Source of the DNA: a virus
Virus record (IMG/VR): IMGVR_UViG_3300045988_171958
Span: 96,001 to 160,000 of that record
Direction: 5' to 3' (one strand)
Length of the DNA stretch: 64,000 nucleotides
Shown: in pieces, positions 53,702 to 61,779 of the stretch
Position numbering within the stretch: the first letter of the stretch is position 1
How the letters are laid out: every line of letters begins with the position of its first letter
Notes under the pieces: model-generated
Seen by the model: only the letters and a program-made list of their open reading frames with translations
Told to the model about the DNA's origin: nothing
Database searches by the model: none
Program-made: the position numbers and the translations under genes

Positions 53702-54418
53702 ATGGCAAAGAAATCAACTAATACAGAAGAAACAAAGCAATCAACAGTTGTTTTGAATGATGAAGTAAAAGTAAATCCAATCCAGGATGATACTACAAAT
53801 TCTGGTTCTGATACACCAGAAGATACAACTCAGGACCCAGCCAAAGATCTAGTAGAAAATACTGGTGATAGTGGTGATAATTGTCCTCCTGCTGGTGATT
53901 GTTCAAATCCTGACCATGTATGTACTTGCAAACCAGGTCATTGTCCTAATAAAGATTGCAAGTCAGGTCATTACTGGACAGAAGGTACTGAAAAGGATCA
54001 GTATTTGTACCATTATGATACAGAAGATGAAACTAAAAAGTTAGAAGATGCTGATCATCGTATGGTAAATCCTGATTATAAAGCCCCAGAACCTCCTAAG
54101 GATCCAGATGATGGTAAGACAGATCCACCAACTCCATCAACACCATCAAATGACTGTGGTCCTGAAGTAGCTGAACCTTGGGCTCATGATGAACTACTTC
54201 AAGATGCTGATGGCCACACAGGTTTGGAACGTGAACTTCGTTTGCATTGTGGTGTTACTTATGATGTTGTAAAGATGTGGTTAGATGAAATAGCATCAGC
54301 AACAGATAAAGATGCAGTTATTGCAAAGATTGCTTGGCACATTCCTACTGGTGGACCTAAGAGTATCAAAGTACACCATAAAGAAAAAATCATTGCAGCA
54401 CTCAATACTTTGAAATAA
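53702..54418 (+). CDS. Pro/Asp/Thr-rich protein with a Cys-rich segment
   Basis: 238 aa, includes CPPAGDCSNPDHVCTCKPGHCPNKDCKSGH. Confidence 0.65.
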   Translation: MAKKSTNTEETKQSTVVLNDEVKVNPIQDDTTNSGSDTPEDTTQDPAKDLVENTGDSGDNCPPAGDCSNPDHVCTCKPGHCPNKDCKSGHYWTEGTEKDQYLYHYDTEDETKKLEDADHRMVNPDYKAPEPPKDPDDGKTDPPTPSTPSNDCGPEVAEPWAHDELLQDADGHTGLERELRLHCGVTYDVVKMWLDEIASATDKDAVIAKIAWHIPTGGPKSIKVHHKEKIIAALNTLK

Positions 54419-54439
54419 TCTGTATACATATTCTATATT
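54409..54439 (+). promoter_or_regulatory. class-II promoter variant (22-nt offset)
   Basis: tttgaaataatc...ttctatatt with 22-nt offset. Overlaps the stop of the 53702 gene. Confidence 0.4.
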
Positions 54440-54490
54440 CTTCATATAAAGATAAATATAAGTATTTTTGTTTAATTTAAAGAATATAAC

Positions 54491-54742
54491 ATGTTTCCAG
54501 GATTTGTATCATTATACAAGAGAGATGACAAAAGTCATCTCTTCTTTTTCCCTGGTATTGATGACCAAGGAAAACCAATATACATGTCATTAGACATGAC
54601 AAATATAGATAGTGACTATACGTTTGTCAAGAATTCTGACAAATCTATTGATTATACTTTCAATACAGAAGTTAAGAAAGTTACAGCAGATTTGATAAAC
54701 AGAAAAGATGGACTAGCATATAGGATGACTGTAAAGCTGTAA
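54491..54742 (+). CDS. hypothetical protein
   Basis: 83-aa ORF. Confidence 0.6.
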   Translation: MFPGFVSLYKRDDKSHLFFFPGIDDQGKPIYMSLDMTNIDSDYTFVKNSDKSIDYTFNTEVKKVTADLINRKDGLAYRMTVKL

Positions 54743-54743
54743 A

Positions 54744-55325
54744 ATGAAATATAAAGAACACAAAGATCATCAGTTTATATATGTGTTGGGTTGCCCATCA
54801 AATCCACTAGGTGTCATGAATCGATTGATGGCTTGTGGAGGTGTTGTTGGAGAAGATTTCAAAAGTATTGAATTAGCTAATCCTCACCATGTATTCTACA
54901 TTGATTTTCATGACAACAACAAGATTGTCTATATGGAAGATGATACTATGTTGTGGGAATCTTTGAAGAAAGTTTGGAAAGAATTGCCACCATTGAATGA
55001 GATAGAAAGCTTTCCAGAATCATGGGAAGAAGCAGTAGATTCATTTTATGAAGCTCGTTCTTATGAGGATGATGACAATTCTGTATTGAAAGATGACCTG
55101 TATGAACTTGGTAAGATTCTGATATTGAGAGATATCTACAGAAGAGGATGGGAACCATCTGATGATGGAACACCTTGTTGGGCTGTTGCTGTCCATAATG
55201 GTGAATTAGATGTAAGAAAAGTTACTGGATGGTCAAGATTGTTGTCTTTTGCAGAAGACAGTCAAGCAAACATGTTCTTGAATACATTCGGTAAATCCAT
55301 AGAAGCTGTGAAGCAATATATTTAA
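54744..55325 (+). CDS. hypothetical protein
   Basis: 193-aa ORF with a 1-nt gap. Confidence 0.7.
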   Translation: MKYKEHKDHQFIYVLGCPSNPLGVMNRLMACGGVVGEDFKSIELANPHHVFYIDFHDNNKIVYMEDDTMLWESLKKVWKELPPLNEIESFPESWEEAVDSFYEARSYEDDDNSVLKDDLYELGKILILRDIYRRGWEPSDDGTPCWAVAVHNGELDVRKVTGWSRLLSFAEDSQANMFLNTFGKSIEAVKQYI

Positions 55326-55336
55326 AACCTCCATTG

Positions 55337-55383
55337 AATGGAACAATCAATTGATTGTTCCATTTTTTTTTTTTTTTTTTTTT
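55337..55383 (+). terminator. perfect palindrome plus 21-nt T homopolymer
   Basis: tggaacaatcaattgattgttcca (24-nt perfect palindrome, 55339-55362) followed by T21 (55363-55383). Confidence 0.75.
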
Positions 55384-55401
55384 GAAATTTTAATCATTTA
55401 T

Positions 55402-55437
55402 TTTGAAATTTCTAATCTCTATACTATATTATAAACG
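55402..55437 (+). promoter_or_regulatory. class-I consensus phage promoter
   Basis: tttgaaatttctaatctctatactatatt with +20 geometry and G at +35. An orphan TTTGAAATTT also occurs at 55381. Confidence 0.65.
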
Positions 55438-55470
55438 TTAAAATAAAGATGTTTAATTTTTAAAATTTGA

Positions 55471-56268
55471 ATGATTATGAACTACGCAGAAGTTAAAGCT
55501 AAGTACACAACAGTTGAGTCTATCGATATTCGTTTGAATGAGATTGATGAACTTACTAAGGTTGGAGCTGAGAAATATACAAGTGCTGTTACTAACTACA
55601 TCAACGAAGTGAATGATGTTTTGAAGAAGTTCAACATTACTGAGTACCATGTCAATGTCGCTTCTGATAGAAATGTAAGCTTCAAACCAGAAGATAACAA
55701 CAGTTTCTATGAAGTAGATATCTATCCTTCTTATGAGTATAATTGGGATACTAACAAAAAGGTATGGGATTTCCGTTTGAATATCAGTTCTTATGGTGAT
55801 GTTAGAATCAACAATCTCGATGAAAGAAGCATTAAAGTTCTCAAGTACTATGAGTTTGTTGCGATGATTATCAACAACAAGGAATTTGCGAAGGAACTCG
55901 AAGATACTTGTCACAAGAATGTTGATAACCTTTATAAAATCAATAAGGAATATTCATTTACTTCAGAAGAGCAGCAGCTTAGAATTCTCCGTAACAACCT
56001 CATTAAGGAAGCAGCTTACGGTAAGATTCTTACTTCAGTTATGGATGCCAAAGACAAGACTCAGTTAGTTGTAGTCAAGAAGAATGTTTCAGAAGATGAA
56101 GCTGATGGAGTTCGCAAAGGTGAATTCATCAAGGTGATGACAGAACCTCTTCCTAATACTCCTGAAACTCGTCCAGAAGTTGACAAGAAACTTAAAGAAA
56201 TTGCAAAGACAAATGAAGGTAAGTTTATTCTCACTCAGATCAGATTCATTAAGTTGAATGAAGAATAA
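55471..56268 (+). CDS. hypothetical protein
   Basis: 265-aa ORF. The start context is aATGATTATGAac. Confidence 0.75.
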   Translation: MIMNYAEVKAKYTTVESIDIRLNEIDELTKVGAEKYTSAVTNYINEVNDVLKKFNITEYHVNVASDRNVSFKPEDNNSFYEVDIYPSYEYNWDTNKKVWDFRLNISSYGDVRINNLDERSIKVLKYYEFVAMIINNKEFAKELEDTCHKNVDNLYKINKEYSFTSEEQQLRILRNNLIKEAAYGKILTSVMDAKDKTQLVVVKKNVSEDEADGVRKGEFIKVMTEPLPNTPETRPEVDKKLKEIAKTNEGKFILTQIRFIKLNEE

Positions 56269-56269
56269 A

Positions 56270-56368
56270 TTCACACAGGGACTCTCAAATGAGTCCCTTT
56301 TATAGAATATGCTTCAGTATATTTATCCGCTCCCTGTGTGACCCAGGCGCTTAACAGGGGAATCCTAG
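56270..56368 (-). repeat. GC-rich ~100-nt repeat family, copy C (inverted)
   Basis: ttcacacaggga...ccgctccctgtgtgacccaggcgcttaacaggggaatcctag. The interior carries the hairpin gggactc-tcaaat-gagtccc-tttt. Confidence 0.8.
56278..56303 (+). terminator. hairpin terminator embedded in repeat copy C
   Basis: gggactc/gagtccc 7-bp stem followed by ttttat, 10 nt after the stop of the 55471 gene. Confidence 0.6.
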
Positions 56369-56394
56369 AATTAATTAATAATTAGTAAACAGAT

Positions 56395-56670
56395 ATGTCA
56401 TTATTGAGAAGAAAAGCATTAGTCAACTATAAAGTTAGCTATACCACGATGTTTGGAATTTCTGGTTTCTATGAATGTACAAAACTGATGTGGTGCAATA
56501 TGTTTGGTAATGTTACTGAAAATACATTAGATACATGGACAGCTATATTAGAAGATGAAGAAGCCAAGCAGTTGAATGAACGAACATATTCACATGGTCA
56601 AGAAAATGAAGGTAAAGTAGCAGAATTACATGTTGTCATTACAGGTTTCACAAAATTAGATTTGAATTAA
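56395..56670 (+). CDS. hypothetical protein
   Basis: 91-aa ORF directly upstream of rtcB. Confidence 0.6.
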   Translation: MSLLRRKALVNYKVSYTTMFGISGFYECTKLMWCNMFGNVTENTLDTWTAILEDEEAKQLNERTYSHGQENEGKVAELHVVITGFTKLDLN

Positions 56671-56672
56671 TA

Positions 56673-57980
56673 ATGGAATATAATATAATTGGTAAGTACA
56701 ATAAGGATTGCAAGATTTTTGCAAAGACAGTTGAAGAAGATGCATTGAAGATGGTTTACAGTATTTGTGACTGTCCTGCATTTAAGAATCAGAAGATAAG
56801 AGTGATGTGTGATGTACACTGTGGACAGGGGATAGTGATAGGATTTTCTTCAACTATTGATAAGGAGAATCCAATGGTCAATCCAAGCCATGTAGGTGTG
56901 GATATTGGTTGTCAGGTAACTTGTATCAAGATGTCAAAGCCATGTCCAGAGGAATCTTATGCATTGCTTGAACATCGATGGAAGAAGGATATCCCTACTG
57001 GATTCACTATCTATGATAAGAAGATTGCTGATGAGAAGATGTTCTACAAGATGTGCAATACTGCTATTGACAGAGCTGTTGCTACAACAGATTTTGTGAA
57101 CAATGTAAATGTAAATGAAAAGTACATTTCTGATATGCTGAAGCGAATTGGTATGGATGAAGGTACTTTCTGGAAGTCATTAGGTACTACTGGTGGTGGC
57201 AATCATTTCTTGTCTTATGATACTGATGATGAAGGTAACGGATATATCATGATACATTGTGGTTCTCGCAATTTTGGTTTGAAGGTAGCAAAGTACTGGG
57301 TGAATGTTGCAAACAAGCCTTATCATGTTGACAGTTCAGAATGGGCAAAGCATATTGAAAAGATAAAGGACACATATCCTAAGTCAGAGTGGAATGAGCG
57401 AATCAAGAATGCAAAGGAAGACTTTGTATCATCTGTTCCTACTGGTTATCTGAATGGTGAGAATCTGATTGGTTATCTTACTGATATGGTAATTGCACAG
57501 ACTTATGCTAAGTACAATCATTTGCTTATTTCAGATAAGATGACTGAAATCTATACTAAGATTGTCAAAGGTGCTACAACAGCTCGTGTCATCAATACTA
57601 TGCATAATTATATTGACTTTGATGATATGATTATCCGTAAAGGTTCTGTCAATGCTGCTTATGGACGTGAACTTGTGATTCCTATCAACATGCGAGATGG
57701 TGTATTGATTTGTGTAGGTAAAGGAAATGCTGAATGGAATTGTACTGCTCCTCATGGTGCCGGTCGATTGATGTCACGTTCTGCTGCTAAGGCAAATCTT
57801 TCTATGGATGAATTTACTGAAGAGATGAAGGACGTTTGTTCAACTTCTGTCAACAAGTCAACATTGGATGAGTCTCCTATGGCATACAAGCCTATGGATG
57901 AGATTATTGAACAGATTGAACCAACAGTTCAGATTCTGAAGAGAATAAAAGAGCGAATAAATATTAAAGCAGCTGAATAA
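56673..57980 (+). CDS. rtcB: RtcB-family RNA 3'-phosphate/5'-OH ligase
   Basis: CDVHCGQG, GTTGGGNHFLS, IHCGSRNFGLKVA, APHGAGR. 435 aa. Confidence 0.85.
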   Translation: MEYNIIGKYNKDCKIFAKTVEEDALKMVYSICDCPAFKNQKIRVMCDVHCGQGIVIGFSSTIDKENPMVNPSHVGVDIGCQVTCIKMSKPCPEESYALLEHRWKKDIPTGFTIYDKKIADEKMFYKMCNTAIDRAVATTDFVNNVNVNEKYISDMLKRIGMDEGTFWKSLGTTGGGNHFLSYDTDDEGNGYIMIHCGSRNFGLKVAKYWVNVANKPYHVDSSEWAKHIEKIKDTYPKSEWNERIKNAKEDFVSSVPTGYLNGENLIGYLTDMVIAQTYAKYNHLLISDKMTEIYTKIVKGATTARVINTMHNYIDFDDMIIRKGSVNAAYGRELVIPINMRDGVLICVGKGNAEWNCTAPHGAGRLMSRSAAKANLSMDEFTEEMKDVCSTSVNKSTLDESPMAYKPMDEIIEQIEPTVQILKRIKERINIKAAE

Positions 57981-57983
57981 TTT

Positions 57984-58075
57984 TTTGAAATTTTTGAAGT
58001 TGTTTCTATATGTTAACTAAAGTTAACAGGAAATAAAAGTTTGAATTTTAATTCAACTTTTCTATATTCAGTATG
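57984..58075 (+). repeat. tandem-promoter cassette, copy 3 of 3 (about 30 nt deleted)
   Basis: P1 at 57984 and P2 at 58040. It has the identical 57-nt block but lacks the acttcatacttcag... hairpin segment. Confidence 0.8.
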
Positions 58076-58125
58076 TCAAACAAATATTGACAAACTGAAT
58101 GTAGAACAATTTAATTTTTAAGATT

Positions 58126-58476
58126 ATGATTACAAACAATACAAATGACGCTTTCGAAAATCTTCTTCTTGGTGATTCTAATGGTATTAAGTTGAAGATT
58201 ACAGACTATACTAAAGCAGTATTTTCTATGAATGAAGTAGATGGTACTGTTAACCTTATTTTTGAAACCACTACTAAGGATGAAGATACTGGTTTGAAGA
58301 TGGTATCTAATAAAGTTCATCTTATTGAGTACGATGAAGATTTGATGAACGGAAATACCATTCAGGATGATATTGATTTCCTTCTTGAAAAACTTGAAGA
58401 TTTGTTGAATGAAGATTTTGGAATTGCTCCTATTGGAATTACTAAGTGGAAGAATTCTAACTGTTTGGAATACTAA
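58126..58476 (+). CDS. hypothetical protein; paralog of 62821..63174
   Basis: 116 aa. MITNNTNDAFENLLLGD...VNLIFETTTKDEDTG aligns with MNTNKISFDKAVVNLLNGD...INLAFSKKDENGE. Confidence 0.65.
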   Translation: MITNNTNDAFENLLLGDSNGIKLKITDYTKAVFSMNEVDGTVNLIFETTTKDEDTGLKMVSNKVHLIEYDEDLMNGNTIQDDIDFLLEKLEDLLNEDFGIAPIGITKWKNSNCLEY

Positions 58477-58498
58477 TATTAATATAAAGATAAAGAAT

Positions 58499-58714
58499 AT
58501 GAAAGTACAGAACGAAGCAAATATGAAGTATGTGATTTTGTCAACTGGTTTGGTTGTTGATATGGATAAGGTTATCGGTGTACAACCAAACCCTGACAAT
58601 GAGAATGAGTTCTTCATTCATACTATTACATCACAGTATTATAAAGTATCTAAAGAAGATTACAAGTATCTCATTACTTGTGGATTTGGATTGGATGTAA
58701 AAGAGATTGCATGA
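58499..58714 (+). CDS. small protein with one SQYYK-type domain
   Basis: In-frame ATG at 58499 follows the previous stop. YVILSTGLVVDMDKVIGVQPN...FFIHTITSQYYKVSKEDYKYL matches the repeats in 63628..64000. Confidence 0.6.
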   Translation: MKVQNEANMKYVILSTGLVVDMDKVIGVQPNPDNENEFFIHTITSQYYKVSKEDYKYLITCGFGLDVKEIA

Positions 58715-59097
58715 GTGAAAGAGAATTTGAACGAAAAGTAAAGGAATGGCTAGATAAAGGATATTCTAGTTCTGAGGTCATTCATACTATAGAATGTAAC
58801 TACTTAGGTACTTGTATTGCTGATATTAAGTTTTTCTTTACAGAAAAGTATAACAGAAATGATTACTATACAGTAAGCTTACATTGTATATATAATCCTG
58901 ATAAGAAGGAAGTAGAAGTTTACTGCAACAGAGATACTGATCTTTGTCCTAAGAGAGATGATGTAAGTATCTGCAGTAAATGTACTGCTTTTGATTCTGC
59001 TTTACATTTCATAAGTCAATTGAATATCAATGTATGGGAATATGGTTGGTTCCATAACTTGCTGTTTCAGTTGTTCAAGTCAAAGAATCGAAAATAA
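58711..59097 (+). CDS. hypothetical Cys-rich protein
   Basis: ATGA overlap start at 58711 (MSEREFERKV...). The track start is at 58678. Confidence 0.6.
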   Translation: MSEREFERKVKEWLDKGYSSSEVIHTIECNYLGTCIADIKFFFTEKYNRNDYYTVSLHCIYNPDKKEVEVYCNRDTDLCPKRDDVSICSKCTAFDSALHFISQLNINVWEYGWFHNLLFQLFKSKNRK

Positions 59098-59112
59098 ATA
59101 AAATTAATTATT

Positions 59113-59592
59113 ATGATGGATGCTGTTTTTGTGGAAAATGAGATTAAGAAAGATATTGAAGAATGCTTGAAATATTTTGGTTTCAAGAACACTTCATTAT
59201 GTGAGCATAAGGTTTATGTGTCTAAGCTTGATAATTTGATTGGTTGGGAAATTTGTGTTTCATTCTTCAATCTTGGTACCAGTTCTAGGCATAATGTAAA
59301 GTTTATGTTTTTTGGAATTCCTGTTGATTCTGATACTACATTATTCAAGATGGTACCATTGAAGAGCAATTTGTCAACAGAACAAATGGAAACAGATTTT
59401 CTGGATTTGACTTCTTCAAATCCTAATAGAGAAATGCCAAGCATGTATTTTCATGACTATCCATTTGCTACTGCTATTGATTTCCAGCATAAGCTGATTT
59501 TTGATGAAACATTCAGTCACAACATTCAGTGTGATATTCTTGAGAATTATTGGAATAAACTATACAAGCATGGAACAGAAGAGAATTGTTGA
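59113..59592 (+). CDS. hypothetical protein
   Basis: 159-aa ORF. Confidence 0.65.
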   Translation: MMDAVFVENEIKKDIEECLKYFGFKNTSLCEHKVYVSKLDNLIGWEICVSFFNLGTSSRHNVKFMFFGIPVDSDTTLFKMVPLKSNLSTEQMETDFLDLTSSNPNREMPSMYFHDYPFATAIDFQHKLIFDETFSHNIQCDILENYWNKLYKHGTEENC

Positions 59593-59902
59593 TGTTGATG
59601 CAACAGAAGCATTAGGTGAATTAAACCAAGGTGTTGAATTGAAGTATCGTATTGTTGAAGTAAGTCAACATAAGAGAAAGAAGCAAGATGATGGTACATT
59701 CAAATGGGTAGATGAAGTATATTATCAAGTTGAAGAGATTGTACCATCTGGTTGGTTTGGTCGCAAATGGCAAACTGTTGTATTTGAAGATGAATATGGT
59801 ACCATTTCTGAATTTGAAGATATTTCTGATATTGGAGATTGGCTATTATATAGAGATGGCAAGAGATATAATGTAGTTAAACGTTACAAGAAAAGAGATT
59901 AA
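59570..59902 (+). CDS. hypothetical protein
   Basis: In-frame ATG at 59570 (MEQKRIVDV...) gives a 23-nt overlap instead of the 92 nt from the track start at 59501. Confidence 0.55.
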   Translation: MEQKRIVDVDATEALGELNQGVELKYRIVEVSQHKRKKQDDGTFKWVDEVYYQVEEIVPSGWFGRKWQTVVFEDEYGTISEFEDISDIGDWLLYRDGKRYNVVKRYKKRD

Positions 59903-59906
59903 TATT

Positions 59907-60161
59907 ATGGAATTTCTAGTAAGCTATAAGGTAACTAAACGTAATGACGTAAATGATATTGTTGTAGAAAATATTAATGCTTTAGTATTAGATACAGATA
60001 GTACTGATAAGCATCATATTGAATATAATAATGTTGTTGACAGAAATGTATTAGATAAGTGGAGTTTTGAAATTTGCAATACAGAAAGATTTATTGATGG
60101 ATATGAATATACAATATTGAATTGTTCTATTCTTTCATTCTGTAAGTTAGGACCATATTAA
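59907..60161 (+). CDS. small protein, tandem paralog 1
   Basis: MEFLVSYKVTKR...ILNCSILSFCKLGPY, 84 aa. Confidence 0.65.
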   Translation: MEFLVSYKVTKRNDVNDIVVENINALVLDTDSTDKHHIEYNNVVDRNVLDKWSFEICNTERFIDGYEYTILNCSILSFCKLGPY

Positions 60162-60173
60162 AACAAATAAGTC

Positions 60174-60428
60174 ATGAAGTTTCTAGTAAGCTATAAAGTT
60201 GTAAAGCGGTGTATGCAGACAGATAAGATTGTAGAGAACATTGATTCTTTAGTATTAGATACAAGAAGTACACCAGAACACCCTATTGAATTCAAAAATG
60301 TTGTTGATGAGAAAGTACTTATGATGTGGGGTGATAGAATCTGTAGAAAAGAGCGAGTTGATTATGAATCTACTTTCACAATTCTAAAATATTCTATCCT
60401 TTCATTTTGTAAGTTAGGAACATATTAA
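60174..60428 (+). CDS. small protein, tandem paralog 2
   Basis: MKFLVSYKVVKR...ILKYSILSFCKLGTY, 84 aa. Confidence 0.65.
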   Translation: MKFLVSYKVVKRCMQTDKIVENIDSLVLDTRSTPEHPIEFKNVVDEKVLMMWGDRICRKERVDYESTFTILKYSILSFCKLGTY

Positions 60429-60431
60429 AAT

Positions 60432-60467
60432 TTTGAAATTTCCTAAGATTGTTCTATATTTTAATCG
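60432..60467 (+). promoter_or_regulatory. class-I consensus phage promoter
   Basis: tttgaaatttcctaagattgttctatatt with +20 geometry and G at +35. Confidence 0.75.
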
Positions 60468-60476
60468 AACAAAATA

Positions 60477-60821
60477 ATGATGATTATGGGAAAATTAAAA
60501 GAAGCATTAGTATCAATGGGTTACCGAAAGATGGAACCTAATAAGCCACTTTGGATGAAACCAATTGGTTTTTCTGCAATTAGTATCAAGATTGAGAATA
60601 ATATTGTTACAATGAAGATATTGTTCAATAGTAAAAATGAAACTGAAGTTTGGTCTGGGTGGGAATTCAACATCAAAAATGATACTGATATCTTAAAAGA
60701 ATTGAAGTTAGGTGAATGTGAGTTGATGAGAGATTTTTATCCATTTTCAAGTTCTCCAAATTCAAAGTTTGATTTCTTGACTAGATTAGATCAGGCAAAC
60801 TTAATTTCTGGTTGTATTTAA
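60477..60821 (+). CDS. hypothetical protein
   Basis: 114-aa ORF. The start context is aATGATGATTATGgg. Confidence 0.65.
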   Translation: MMIMGKLKEALVSMGYRKMEPNKPLWMKPIGFSAISIKIENNIVTMKILFNSKNETEVWSGWEFNIKNDTDILKELKLGECELMRDFYPFSSSPNSKFDFLTRLDQANLISGCI

Positions 60822-60840
60822 CTTAAAAAATTATTCAATT

Positions 60841-61746
60841 ATGTTTACGATTATAGGTTTTCAGTTTAAGAGTGATGAACATTGCATTGGCTTGTCAAGA
60901 AAGAATTTGAAGAAAGATGATGTAACTGTTACTGAACTTATCCTTCATAGAAAGAAGTATGAATACAATAAGATTCGTACTGTTGTTCTTGACTATGTTT
61001 ATGAAATTCATGATAAAGGAAAGTATGATATTACTATTTGGGAAACTATTTGTAGAGTTGCAAAGAGTTTGAATTGTACTTGTGTCTGTCGATATAAGGC
61101 TATTACATATATAGCTAAGCCATCTAGTGCTCCGCAATTGGTAAAGCTTTATCATGAAGCATTACAGAAGAATTATCTTCATAAGTTTGGTCCTGATGCA
61201 CCTAGCAATTGCAACTATCCATCAAATAGAGTTTTGTACAATTTCCATCATTTGAATTCTTACAATGAAACTATAAAGAATTATATAGAAGAATTGGAGA
61301 AAATGCGTAGAGAGAAAGCACAGCTTATCTTCTACACATTTGCATCAGATATTGAAGATGAAGTACAGAAAAATGAATTTCCAAATGATACTTCTAATGT
61401 TGTAAGAATGTATGTTCGTACATTATACAAATTCATTATAGGACTTTGCAAGAACAATAAGAAGAAGTATTTCTATTATGATGACTTACCAATAGGTTGT
61501 TTAGTACCTGGTGGTAGAAAGGATAGATTTATTGATGATAGAATTCGTGAGCACTATCTTGAAATGTACATTGACTATTGCATCAAATTCTCTGGTGAAA
61601 TGAGAAAGATGGAAGTACTTAATGAATGTGGAAGCATCATGAAGAAACATGTGTATAAAGTATATGGTAAGAATGAAGAAGTAGGATATTCAAATATCAT
61701 GGTTTTGGTTGATTATGTATGTAATTGGTCACCTTCTTACTTGTAA
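60841..61746 (+). CDS. hypothetical protein; distant paralog of 61780..62766
   Basis: 301 aa. IWETICRVAKSLNCTCVCRYKAITYIAKPSS aligns with FWECAAKIAREYHITIIYSLKKNGCKYIVNDTS. Confidence 0.7.
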   Translation: MFTIIGFQFKSDEHCIGLSRKNLKKDDVTVTELILHRKKYEYNKIRTVVLDYVYEIHDKGKYDITIWETICRVAKSLNCTCVCRYKAITYIAKPSSAPQLVKLYHEALQKNYLHKFGPDAPSNCNYPSNRVLYNFHHLNSYNETIKNYIEELEKMRREKAQLIFYTFASDIEDEVQKNEFPNDTSNVVRMYVRTLYKFIIGLCKNNKKKYFYYDDLPIGCLVPGGRKDRFIDDRIREHYLEMYIDYCIKFSGEMRKMEVLNECGSIMKKHVYKVYGKNEEVGYSNIMVLVDYVCNWSPSYL

Positions 61747-61779
61747 ACAGAATTAAAATAATATAAATATATAAAGATT

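Noticed and set aside
55453-55914. 153-aa minus-strand ORF in the track, overlapping the 55471..56268 gene.
   Set aside because: It is an antisense shadow of a well-supported plus-strand gene that has its own consensus promoter. Its low-complexity Ile/Phe/Asn composition is typical of AT-rich antisense frames.
58111-58617. 168-aa minus-strand ORF spanning 58126..58476 and 58499..58714.
   Set aside because: It is an antisense shadow ORF. The plus-strand genes have paralogs elsewhere and a promoter, whereas this frame is Phe/Ile/Asn-rich and has neither.
59501-59592. 92-nt overlap between ORFs 59113..59592 and 59501..59902, considered as a possible programmed frameshift.
   Set aside because: There is no slippery heptamer or homopolymer in the overlap. 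An in-frame ATG at 59570 gives an ordinary 23-nt overlap.
60066-60075. TTTGAAATTT inside ORF 59907..60161. A similar site lies at 16795, and an orphan copy at 55381.
   Set aside because: There is no TTCTATATT-type box at +20 or +22, so these are not counted as promoters.
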